Assembly: GCA_050301235.1 (NCBI GenBank) | Contig: JBNKZD010000210.1 | Coordinates: 1 to 32,000, forward strand | Direction: 5' to 3' | From: Chitinispirillaceae bacterium | Lineage (GTDB): Bacteria > Fibrobacterota > Chitinivibrionia > Chitinivibrionales > Chitinispirillaceae | Length of the DNA: 32,000 nucleotides | Shown: in pieces, positions 1 to 8,150 of the stretch | How the letters are laid out: every line of letters begins with the position of its first letter | How positions within the stretch are numbered: the first letter of the stretch is position 1 | The notes under the pieces: model-generated | Told to the model about the DNA's origin: nothing | What the model saw: the letters and a program-made list of their open reading frames with translations, nothing else | Database searches by the model: none | Made by a program: the position numbers and the translations under genes

Positions 1-4
1 AGGC

Positions 5-583
5 GTGCTATGCCAGAACCCAGGCAATGCGTCAATTTCAAACTCTATTATCAACTGCAATCTTCTCTGCGGTATCCGTGTAAATGATGCAAATCCACAT
101 ATTATTTCCTGTATTTTTTCTTATAATAAAAATAATGGCATCTGGTGTGATGGAAAATCGAAAGTTACATTGAATTACAACTGTTTCTGGAACAACGCGG
201 ATGGAAATTTTCTTGAATGCGATCCGGAATTTGGTGTAAAAATCAAAAAGAATGATCGTGGGGACAGTATCGATCTTGGAGGTAATATCTTTTTATCACC
301 GATATTCGCAGGGTCTGTGGACGACTCTATAGCAGCAGAGAAAGATCTTGCCAATCCAACTGATAGTGCAAAAGTTAAAAGCTCAATTATTGCCGATATT
401 ATTCAGTCAGTTCAGAAAAAGCCACCACGCCCCCGACAGGAAACAATTACCAACAGGTATTCTCTGTCAAAATATTCGCCTTGCATTGATGCTGGAAGCC
501 CTGATGGAAAATTCAAAGACATTGATGATACAAGAAATGATATTGGTATCTATGGCGGTCCGGAATTTTTAAAAAATCAATAA
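5..583 (+). CDS. C-terminal part of a right-handed parallel beta-helix repeat protein (gene probably starts upstream of the window)
   Basis: ORF open from window start; motifs such as NPHIISCIFSYNKNNGIWCDGKSKVTLNYNCFWNN, DPEFG and SPCIDAGSPDGKFKDIDDTRNDIGIYGGP are typical of the C-terminal region of parallel beta-helix/choice-of-anchor-like proteins. Confidence 0.75.
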   Translation: MLCQNPGNASISNSIINCNLLCGIRVNDANPHIISCIFSYNKNNGIWCDGKSKVTLNYNCFWNNADGNFLECDPEFGVKIKKNDRGDSIDLGGNIFLSPIFAGSVDDSIAAEKDLANPTDSAKVKSSIIADIIQSVQKKPPRPRQETITNRYSLSKYSPCIDAGSPDGKFKDIDDTRNDIGIYGGPEFLKNQ

Positions 584-1737
584 TTATCAGAATACCGAAA
601 GACGCCATCGATTGCTTTAAATGCAAATCCTATTGGTCGCAATCTCGCGCCATAAAGGCCATCATAGACAGCAAGCCATATTGAGAAATGCTTCATTCGC
701 TTGTCAAGTGATGGGAGCATCTTGACAGTATTACTATCAAATGGCTGTACTTGTATTTTCATCAAATCGTCCATTGCAACATCACTCACCTCATCAATGT
801 TGCGATAAAACCATTTGTAGTAGAACAGTTCCGTGGTATCATTTCCACTGTTGAAGTTATAGCTGGTATCGATTATGGAATCTACCACTGATGCTTTCAG
901 AAAATAACTGTAACCCTTTTCGATAGAAATGGTATCTGGTCCGGATGATAAATCATACACCTTTTTTATATCTTTTGATTGAGAATCAAACGATGATGTG
1001 TTCCCATACACCTTGAACAACTGCACCTTATCAATAACCGGATTCCTGTTCACTTCAACATCAAGCCCAGCCCTCTTCATCTTTGTTGCATACTTAACTG
1101 TATATGATGTTTTCAGTTTATAATATCCGTTAATTGTACCCGACATTCTTATTTGGATAGAAAAGACCTGAAGCATCAGGCTGAGGTTTTGTTTTGTTAA
1201 CTTTCCACCAAACAGAGTATCGGTATTAACCATTGAAAAGAGTCCGGGTGTTGAAGCAAGATCGATAATATCAAACACCTGACCTATAGTGACTGACGAA
1301 AGTTGCTGTTTAACCGAATCATCAATGGATCCAGGAAGCAGAGCTGATACCGGTTTTGAAAGATCAAACTTTTTCCGGATAACATCTTCAGGAATTTTAA
1401 AGTCAAATGTAATCGAGTCAGTATTCCCGCCGAAATACTCAGTATACGAGCCAGGAACCAAAAGCTGCTGCAGTGGAACAGAATCGACGAATGTATCTTT
1501 TCCAAACACTCCGGAGATTAATTGTGTAGAGATCCACCACTGAGCCGACTTTACTTCCTCACCACCGAAATACGCCCTCATCGTTACCGTATCACCAGGC
1601 GATGCTTCCGCATACCCATTATTATTAAAGGTGATCGCAAGGGACCGGAGTTTTTCCACATTTTCAAACTGATCAGGCAGGTTTGCACCACATCCGGTCA
1701 GCAACAATATTATCGGCAGTATCATTAACAATCGCAT
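577..1737 (-). CDS. Hypothetical lipoprotein, last gene of the Ton operon
   Basis: 386 aa ORF with lipoprotein signal peptide MRLLMILPIILLLTGCG (lipobox LTGC). Starts 14 bp after the TonB-dependent receptor stop and overlaps the convergent beta-helix gene stop by 7 bp. Confidence 0.75.
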   Translation of the reverse strand: MRLLMILPIILLLTGCGANLPDQFENVEKLRSLAITFNNNGYAEASPGDTVTMRAYFGGEEVKSAQWWISTQLISGVFGKDTFVDSVPLQQLLVPGSYTEYFGGNTDSITFDFKIPEDVIRKKFDLSKPVSALLPGSIDDSVKQQLSSVTIGQVFDIIDLASTPGLFSMVNTDTLFGGKLTKQNLSLMLQVFSIQIRMSGTINGYYKLKTSYTVKYATKMKRAGLDVEVNRNPVIDKVQLFKVYGNTSSFDSQSKDIKKVYDLSSGPDTISIEKGYSYFLKASVVDSIIDTSYNFNSGNDTTELFYYKWFYRNIDEVSDVAMDDLMKIQVQPFDSNTVKMLPSLDKRMKHFSIWLAVYDGLYGARLRPIGFAFKAIDGVFRYSDNY

Positions 1738-1750
1738 AGTTCAACTCCGC

Positions 1751-4567
1751 TCAGAATTCCGCACGCAAACCAAATGATGGGATAAATGGTGCAGAAACTG
1801 TGGTCTGGTCAGAATAATCAAAATCGAAAATAGTGAATTCAGGACTTGCATAGATAAAACTGAACACATTCTGAAAATCGAGATAGGTCGCAAGCATCCA
1901 TTTATCAAATACGAACTTTTTATCAACACGCAAATCAACCTGCACAAACGGTTTATTACGCAGACTGTTGGCCTTTCCATATATCGGTACATACTGGAAC
2001 TGATCGGCTTGATACACTTTGTCAACAACTGGTGTATAAGGATTTCCACTCACATACCGGATACGTGTCCCAGCTTCAAACTGCTTTTTCAAGCGGTAAT
2101 TGAGAATCAACTGAAGATTATGCGTCTGGTCCCGCCCGTACAGTTTCCATCGGTTCTCAGCCCTGTCAAAGCGCTCACTACGGGAGAGTGAATACGCAAT
2201 CCACCCGAAGAGTCGGTCGCCCTGATCATGACGCAATAACAACTCCAGTCCGTACATTCTCCCCTTTCCTTTCGGGAGGAATGCGGGGAGTTCCTTATTT
2301 TCGGTCAGTTCTGTACTGGTGTAGGTATCGGGAATGTCCCATTGTGCATTATGGTAAACCTGAACATCTGCAGAAATCAGATCGGTGAGCTGCACTTCAT
2401 ACCCCGCAGTGATATGCCGGGCTTTTGTTGCCGGATGTGCAGGATTACCAAACAACGGATGTGTGACAAATCCAATTGGCTGCGGCGTCTGATTATAGGT
2501 CCCTATAGCACATTTGGCAGTCTGACTTTTTGCGAATTTATAGCGCAACGCAAGACGCATTGATGGTTCCCCTGAATATCCTCGCGAATTGTCAAATTTT
2601 TCGTAGGGCCAGAATTCTGGAATCACTCCACCTTTATAGTGCAGTTCATTATAATAATCGTAACGCAATCCAGTCAGGATGAGTAATTGTTCAACCGGTT
2701 TGATCTCAAACTGAAGATACGGTGAGGCAAGTCCTAACTTCAGGTTGGTTGTGTCCCAGACAATCGTGTTGTCATTCGTTGTATTCGGAAAGGCCCCCGT
2801 CTGGTTGTATTTCTGATACCATAAATCAGCACCAAGATCTACTTGTAGTTTTTTGCTGATTTTATACTGAAGTTCATCACGCAACGAAAGTTCATATGCG
2901 CGAAAGTCAATTTTTATAAAACCAAACGCACTACTATACCCGTTTTCGGGAATTAATGCTACCCGGAGTGAGTTTTTAAGCGAACTTGTCAGTTCAGCCT
3001 CCCACCCGGACATAAACATGGTGAACGCAACTCTCTGACGAAGCCTGTCAGTAAGCTTATCGATATCAGAACTTCCCCCCCGAACAAATGGAGCTATCAG
3101 TTCCATCTGGTCGTTAGACCCAAATAGTGTGAAAAACACCTTATTGTTCTTCGTTATATCTGCGTCAACTCTTGCAAGATAGTCGTAGTAAAATGGAACT
3201 ATTGATACGGGCAGGTTAAAATATTTACTTTTTGTAATTGCTCCGAGAATATCCCCAATATAACTGCGTCGTGCGCTGACAATAATTCCCGCGTTCTTCC
3301 CGATTGGCCCTTCAGCAAATACGGTTGCATCAAACAGATTAACATCGGCAAAACCGCTATACCGGTCGCGCCTGGCGTTTCGCCCTTTCAGTTCGATAAC
3401 CCCTGCGATTGTTGATCCATACCTGACTCCGAAACCACCCGGATATAGGTTTACAGACTCTAGTCCGTCAGAGTTATAGGTGGATTTTATACCACCGAAA
3501 TGGTACAACTGTGGAATCTGTATACCATCCAGAAAAAATTTACTGTCCCAGCTTGGTGCCCCGCGAACGACAACAGCACCACCACCAAATAATGGTCGCG
3601 CAACTCCCGGAAGCGCCTGAACCACTTTAACCGCATCACCGCCAAATCCCGGAATTTTCTTAACTTCATTAAGTGTTAACGTTCGACGCGATACCTCTTT
3701 TTCTTCATTTTTACCATAGACGGTAATCTCATATTCAGCATATGATGTCCGTTGCAGCCTGAAAACGACATCAAGAACTTCACCATGCCTGATTGTGTCG
3801 GCGGTTTCAAACTGTTCATATCCCACTGCTGGAATTGTTACATGCACCGGGCCGGCAGGAAGAGATTTGTACATGAATTTTCCGGTGGAATCGGTGTGAG
3901 TCAATAGAGCTCCCTGCTCAAACTGCTGTCCACCGAAAGTGCCTATTTTATTCATATACATTGAAAAGGGAAGGCGTATTGTGCTATCAGAAAGCGTATC
4001 ATCAAACACTACATAGATTTCTGCATCCTGTACCGGTGCGCGGGTACCACGTTCGTAGACAAAACCCTCAAAGTTCACATATTCTTCGATTTTATTAATG
4101 ACTTCATCCAGAGTCACTTCATATTGATAGGTCAAAATAACTGGAACTGGGATTCCACCGGCAACAGCAGGAGTGAAAACAAATTTTCGAGCTGCAGCTA
4201 CAACGGCACTATCCAGTTCAGGATGAATTCCTTTAACAATATAGACACTGTCGACGAGCCCACTGTCGCTTACCAGAAGATCCATAGTTACACTTCCGGT
4301 GATTGCTTCTTTCAGAAGATGTTCGGGGTAGACAGCTTTAACGAAGTTCTTTAAGACAGGTTCTTTTTCGAGTGCCGCGACCGAATCGGCTGGTAAGTCA
4401 GGTTCAGACAAATTGGAATGTACCTCACCAGATTTTACATTGTCATTAACCTCTTCAGACTCGATTTCGATCAGGACTTCATCACTATCGTTTGTTTGAG
4501 CGGATAGTGCTGATGCCCCTAAAATCACGGTAATGACGCTATAGAATAAATTACTATAAAATCTCAT
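1751..4567 (-). CDS. TonB-dependent receptor with N-terminal TonB_C-like domain and carboxypeptidase-regulatory-like domain
   Basis: 938 aa; signal peptide; TonB_C-like segment (VLKNFVKAVYPEHLLKEAITGSVTMDLLV...ARKFVFTPAVAGGIPVPVILTYQYEV); CarboxypepD_reg-like region; plug (VKVVQALPGVARPLFGGGAVVVRGAPSWDSKFFLDGIQIPQLYHFGGIKSTYNSDGLESVNLYPGGFGVRYG); C-terminal beta-barrel ending in an aromatic-rich strand. Confidence 0.93.
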   Translation of the reverse strand: MRFYSNLFYSVITVILGASALSAQTNDSDEVLIEIESEEVNDNVKSGEVHSNLSEPDLPADSVAALEKEPVLKNFVKAVYPEHLLKEAITGSVTMDLLVSDSGLVDSVYIVKGIHPELDSAVVAAARKFVFTPAVAGGIPVPVILTYQYEVTLDEVINKIEEYVNFEGFVYERGTRAPVQDAEIYVVFDDTLSDSTIRLPFSMYMNKIGTFGGQQFEQGALLTHTDSTGKFMYKSLPAGPVHVTIPAVGYEQFETADTIRHGEVLDVVFRLQRTSYAEYEITVYGKNEEKEVSRRTLTLNEVKKIPGFGGDAVKVVQALPGVARPLFGGGAVVVRGAPSWDSKFFLDGIQIPQLYHFGGIKSTYNSDGLESVNLYPGGFGVRYGSTIAGVIELKGRNARRDRYSGFADVNLFDATVFAEGPIGKNAGIIVSARRSYIGDILGAITKSKYFNLPVSIVPFYYDYLARVDADITKNNKVFFTLFGSNDQMELIAPFVRGGSSDIDKLTDRLRQRVAFTMFMSGWEAELTSSLKNSLRVALIPENGYSSAFGFIKIDFRAYELSLRDELQYKISKKLQVDLGADLWYQKYNQTGAFPNTTNDNTIVWDTTNLKLGLASPYLQFEIKPVEQLLILTGLRYDYYNELHYKGGVIPEFWPYEKFDNSRGYSGEPSMRLALRYKFAKSQTAKCAIGTYNQTPQPIGFVTHPLFGNPAHPATKARHITAGYEVQLTDLISADVQVYHNAQWDIPDTYTSTELTENKELPAFLPKGKGRMYGLELLLRHDQGDRLFGWIAYSLSRSERFDRAENRWKLYGRDQTHNLQLILNYRLKKQFEAGTRIRYVSGNPYTPVVDKVYQADQFQYVPIYGKANSLRNKPFVQVDLRVDKKFVFDKWMLATYLDFQNVFSFIYASPEFTIFDFDYSDQTTVSAPFIPSFGLRAEF
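4118..4360 (-). other. TonB_C-like domain inside the TonB-dependent receptor ORF (about aa 70-150)
   Basis: YPEHLLKEAITGSVTMDLLVSDSGLVDSVYIVKGIHPELDSAVVAAARKFVFTPA resembles the TonB C-terminal fold (YP..l....i.G.V.v.f.Vd..G.v....v....g...ld..a..a...w.F.Pa). Confidence 0.8.
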
Positions 4568-4579
4568 TTTATATTTCCT

Positions 4580-4643
4580 GATCCCTGAGGGATCAAATAT
4601 TTATAGCACACAACAAAAGCCTCCTACGTCCCGTTAGGGACGA
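4580..4643. repeat. REP-like double hairpin, left copy
   Basis: GATCCC-TGA-GGGATC (4580-4594) and CGTCCC-GTTA-GGGACG (4628-4643). Confidence 0.85.
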
Positions 4644-4648
4644 AATAT

Positions 4649-5110
4649 CTATTGAACATCACGCAAAATATATTTCTCTTCATAAGAAACTGCGAATCTT
4701 TTCAACAATTCCATGTATTCATCTTTAAAATTAAATTTTTTATGGTGATCTTCCTGATTTTGTATGTACTTGACAACTCGATCTATATGTGAATGAGAAT
4801 AGGAAAATGCACCGTATCCTTCCTGCCATTGGAATTTCCCATAAACCAATCGCTTATCATTGATCCATTTTGATGAATCACCCTTTATATCCTGCAATAA
4901 ATCTGGAATCAGTTGATGAGGTTTATATCCCACAAAAATGTGGACATGATTCCTGGTTCCGTTAATAGTTATCATTTTGTGTTTGTTATTTTGAACTATA
5001 CCGGTTATATATTTGTACAGTTCATCTTTCCATTCAGGCATTATGAGAGAAATGCGATTTTCAACTGCAAATACAAATTGGAGATAAATCTGTGTAAATG
5101 TGTTTGCCAT
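4649..5110 (-). CDS. tnpA: IS200/IS605-family TnpA-like (REP-associated tyrosine transposase type) transposase
   Basis: 153 aa; HUH motif region NGTRNHVHIFVGYKP, SSKWIND, FQWQEGYGAFSYSHSHIDRVVKYIQNQEDHHKKFNFKDEYMELLKRF - hallmark residues of Transposase_17/Y1_Tnp. Confidence 0.95.
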   Translation of the reverse strand: MANTFTQIYLQFVFAVENRISLIMPEWKDELYKYITGIVQNNKHKMITINGTRNHVHIFVGYKPHQLIPDLLQDIKGDSSKWINDKRLVYGKFQWQEGYGAFSYSHSHIDRVVKYIQNQEDHHKKFNFKDEYMELLKRFAVSYEEKYILRDVQ

Positions 5111-5131
5111 AAATTTCGTCTTCTACATATT

Positions 5132-5148
5132 TTGTCCCTACGGGACAA
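5132..5148. repeat. Hairpin TTGTCCC-TAC-GGGACAA just upstream of the transposase gene
   Basis: Palindrome ttgtccctacgggacaa, same core GTCCC/GGGAC as flanking REPs. Confidence 0.8.
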
Positions 5149-5186
5149 TGTTGCTTTTTTTATTGTACAATTTTCTATAAATATGT

Positions 5187-5201
5187 TATCCCTACGGGAT
5201 A
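5187..5201. repeat. Hairpin TATCCC-TAC-GGGATA upstream of the transposase gene
   Basis: Palindrome tatccctacgggata. Confidence 0.75.
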
Positions 5202-5321
5202 TAAATGCATACACAACCATATTACTATTATTTATTTGCGTACATAATATTGCGATTAAAGAAAAATCAGAGTAAGAATGCAATATAAACCTTTACTATA
5301 AAATTTCATCCGATTTTTCCA

Positions 5322-5390
5322 GATCCCGTAAGGGATCAAATATTTATAGCACATACAATAGCAAAAGGACCCATCGTCCCGTTAGGGACG
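5322..5390. repeat. REP-like double hairpin, right copy
   Basis: GATCCC-GTAA-GGGATC (5322-5337) and CGTCCC-GTTA-GGGACG (5375-5390); same spacing and flank as the left copy. Confidence 0.85.
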
Positions 5391-5431
5391 AAATATCTAT
5401 CTCTCATCGCGCAAAATATATTTCTCATCCT

Positions 5432-6238
5432 CTATATCATTTTAAATCTAAAAGGTATTATCACCCATGTTGCGAAAGCGTTAGTTCCAACATATGCAGG
5501 CTCAAAAAGCAGCTTAAGACACGCTTCGTATACTTTTCCCTTCGAGCCATAACCAAGATCATCCAGAACAACCGCTTTTTTAACTTTGCCATCTATATCG
5601 ACCAGAATTTTAACTTTTACAATTCCCTCGATTTTATTATCAAGCATCTCTTTGGTATATTCTGGCTTTACACGAACTAATAATTTCGGTAATGATGTAA
5701 CGGTTGTAATAGAAACCAGCGAGCCCTTCAATTCCTCATTTGTTGCTGTAAACGTATCAATCTCAGTATTTAATGTATTTCCGAGTTTCCCGATCACCGC
5801 ATCAGAAGCATCCCCGGATGCTCCAAAACCGGTTGAATATACCCTTTTCAGTCCATACACGCGGCGGACCGGTTTTGGCTTCTCCTCTGTTGGAGGTTTT
5901 ACTATATCATCCTGTTTCTGATTCAATACTGGCTTTTCGGTGAGATCTATCGGTTCCTTTGGCTTTTCAATCTCAACTTTTTTCTCTTTTGGCACCGGTT
6001 TGGGCTTTTCGGGTTCTTTTACAACAGGTTTTTCTTCAATTATAAACTCTGTCTGTATCTGTGACATACGTTCTTCAATCGATACCGGCGGTGGATTGTG
6101 CACTTTCAGATACCACCCGGTACTTCCCGCCAGAAGCAACATCAACAGGAGTACCGGTGTAAAAAAATCCAGTTTTCCCGCTTTTTCCGGTGTGGCAGCA
6201 TAAAATTTTAGAAGCAGCTCTTTTCCCTGACTACTCAT
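5432..6238 (-). CDS. tonB: TonB family energy transducer
   Basis: 268 aa; N-terminal TM segment (FFTPVLLLMLLLAGSTGWYL), Pro/Lys/Glu-rich linker (EKPVVKEPEKPKPVPKEKK), C-terminal TonB_C (VRVKPEYTKEMLDNKIEGIVKVKILVDIDGKVKKAVV...FEPA). Confidence 0.9.
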   Translation of the reverse strand: MSSQGKELLLKFYAATPEKAGKLDFFTPVLLLMLLLAGSTGWYLKVHNPPPVSIEERMSQIQTEFIIEEKPVVKEPEKPKPVPKEKKVEIEKPKEPIDLTEKPVLNQKQDDIVKPPTEEKPKPVRRVYGLKRVYSTGFGASGDASDAVIGKLGNTLNTEIDTFTATNEELKGSLVSITTVTSLPKLLVRVKPEYTKEMLDNKIEGIVKVKILVDIDGKVKKAVVLDDLGYGSKGKVYEACLKLLFEPAYVGTNAFATWVIIPFRFKMI

Positions 6239-6705
6239 TACTCCTCCTGAATCACCAGTACAGAAAAACGATTATATCCTGCCTTGGAACAGGAGTACAT
6301 AACACGTTTTACATTAGAATACGGAAGCTCTCTATCACACTGAATCATCAGTTCTTTACCTTTAGTCGTATCACCACAGTGCGCGCCTTTCATTTTCATC
6401 CATTTAAAGAGCGGCTCGATAAGCAGTGAATCTGATTGTGCAATATCATCGAGCTTTGCAATGACCTCTCCATCACCAATAATTGCCTTATTGGTAATCT
6501 CGATGGTACACTGCTGTTTTGGCGGTTTATCTGAAGTTGACACCGGGAGAACAAGATCATCTGAGGGTGTGATCAGATTCCCTTCAACTGAAAAACTTTT
6601 AATCAAAAACACCAGAAGAATGGTCATGACATCGATAAGTGATGTCAGCTGGGGACGAAAGGTTCCCTCGACCTGCCCTGGCCCGGAACTCTTGACTATA
6701 CTCAT
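6238..6705 (-). CDS. exbD: Biopolymer transporter ExbD/TolR family protein
   Basis: 155 aa; RPQLTSLIDVMTILLVFLIKSFSVEG is the typical ExbD/TolR TM with catalytic Asp. Confidence 0.9.
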   Translation of the reverse strand: MSIVKSSGPGQVEGTFRPQLTSLIDVMTILLVFLIKSFSVEGNLITPSDDLVLPVSTSDKPPKQQCTIEITNKAIIGDGEVIAKLDDIAQSDSLLIEPLFKWMKMKGAHCGDTTKGKELMIQCDRELPYSNVKRVMYSCSKAGYNRFSVLVIQEE

Positions 6706-7196
6706 TATTTTCCTCCACCAGGATTGACCGTCGCACTTGAAAGTCCTACATTTTTAAACCCGGCATTCCGGCAGACATCCATCACTTTGACAACATTTTT
6801 GAATGCCATTTCATCAAGTGAAGCAATCACGATGTCATCAGTTGTCATCAGTATCTGTTTTCTATTCCTGAGCCGTTCTCCCAGTTCAGTGAATGGATAA
6901 GCTCCATTATTTACCGATAATGAATCGTACAATGTATCACCAAGAACAATCCCGAAATAATCATTCCCTACTCTAACCGTAAGTTTGGGTTTGGGTTTTT
7001 CCTGTGAGTTATTCATCGCTGCACCAACATTGGGCGGTAACGAAAACTCCAGAATGGAAAGATTGGTAAACACTGCCATTGACACAAGGAAAGGGATAAG
7101 AATAATAAACATGTTCATGACCGGGGTTACATCCAGATCATGGACCTCAGCAAGTTCCGATGGAGGCTGCTGTGATTTAAATAGTGTGAGTGACAT
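6705..7196 (-). CDS. exbD: Biopolymer transporter ExbD/TolR family protein (second copy)
   Basis: 163 aa; VHDLDVTPVMNMFIILIPFLVSMAVFTNLSILEFSLPP; overlaps neighbouring genes by 1 bp at both ends. Confidence 0.88.
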   Translation of the reverse strand: MSLTLFKSQQPPSELAEVHDLDVTPVMNMFIILIPFLVSMAVFTNLSILEFSLPPNVGAAMNNSQEKPKPKLTVRVGNDYFGIVLGDTLYDSLSVNNGAYPFTELGERLRNRKQILMTTDDIVIASLDEMAFKNVVKVMDVCRNAGFKNVGLSSATVNPGGGK

Positions 7197-7828
7197 CAGG
7201 ATTTCTTGCTTTTCAAATAGTTCAGTAACCGCACAGATGATTCATCAAGATCTTTGACTAACCGGTTCTGTTTATTAACAAGAAACGTAAACAGTGCCAT
7301 ACAGGGTATCGCGACAATCAAACCAAATGCTGTTGTTATCATCGCCTGAGAAATACCACCGGCCAGCATCGATGCCTTTTTTGCAGCTTCAACGGTCGCA
7401 AGTGATGAAAATGAGAGCTGTAATCCGGCTATCGTCCCCAGAAGTCCAAGCAATGTCGAAATGTTAGCAAAAAGTGAAAGGTAGTTTAACCGCTCTGAAA
7501 GTCGGGGAACCTGTTTAATCGCCGCCTCCTCCACCCCATCACGGATCTCCTCAACCGATAACCCGGCCTCGAAGCGCTTAACAGCAGTTCGCAACAGAAC
7601 GATAGCGGGTGATGAACCTTTCTGGACCAGTTTTGATGCATCATCGATTTTATTATCATTAATTGAACGTGCAACTGATTCAACTATCGGTGCATAGCTC
7701 TTTCTACATATTACATAATAGAAAATAGCGCGCTCACATGTGACTGCAAGTGCAACTGCAAAAACTGCAAGTATTCCCCACATAAATGGTCCACCATCAT
7801 TGAACCAGGCCGCGATTGACTCAACCAT
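7196..7828 (-). CDS. exbB: MotA/TolQ/ExbB proton channel family protein
   Basis: 210 aa; ERLNYLSLFANISTLLGLLGTIAGLQLSFSSL...AGGISQAMITTAFGLIVAIPCMALFTFLVNKQ; strong Shine-Dalgarno (aaggagg on minus strand) before the ATG. Confidence 0.95.
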   Translation of the reverse strand: MVESIAAWFNDGGPFMWGILAVFAVALAVTCERAIFYYVICRKSYAPIVESVARSINDNKIDDASKLVQKGSSPAIVLLRTAVKRFEAGLSVEEIRDGVEEAAIKQVPRLSERLNYLSLFANISTLLGLLGTIAGLQLSFSSLATVEAAKKASMLAGGISQAMITTAFGLIVAIPCMALFTFLVNKQNRLVKDLDESSVRLLNYLKSKKS

Positions 7829-8150
7829 AAAAAAAGCTCCTCCTTAAAAGTGAATGGAAAGTGATAAAATATACTTCGAACAGCCGGATTTCAAAACTAT
7901 TCAGATGTTCGATCGTCCTGGTACACTTGCATTTACCCGGTGAGTAATCTATAATACAAAAAGTTGCATCAAACAGGAATGTGCTTCGGCATTACAGTAT
8001 TCCTGTGATGTTAAGTATACCGGGATTTAGTATATTCATATAACAATGAAACATCATTCACTTCGTTTCGGCATTTAAGTTTATTTTAAAACCGGAATTT
8101 AAGGCACAGAATGTGTATGACAGCTATAGTGGTATGAAGGGAGAAGTTGC

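Larger units (their letters stand above)
4580..5427 (-). mobile_element. RAYT/IS200-like element: tyrosine (Y1) transposase gene bracketed by ~100 bp direct repeats containing REP-like hairpins
   Basis: Direct repeat copies about 4580-4680 and 5322-5427 share gatccc-n-gggatcaaatatttatagcaca...cgtcccgttagggacgaaatatctat...catc(a/g)cgcaaaatatatttctc; tnpA-like gene between them. Confidence 0.8.

Noticed and set aside
4580-5427. Repeated palindromes could be mistaken for a small CRISPR-like array
   Set aside because: Only two ~100 bp direct copies with a transposase gene between them and variable hairpin loops; no regular repeat-spacer periodicity and no cas genes.
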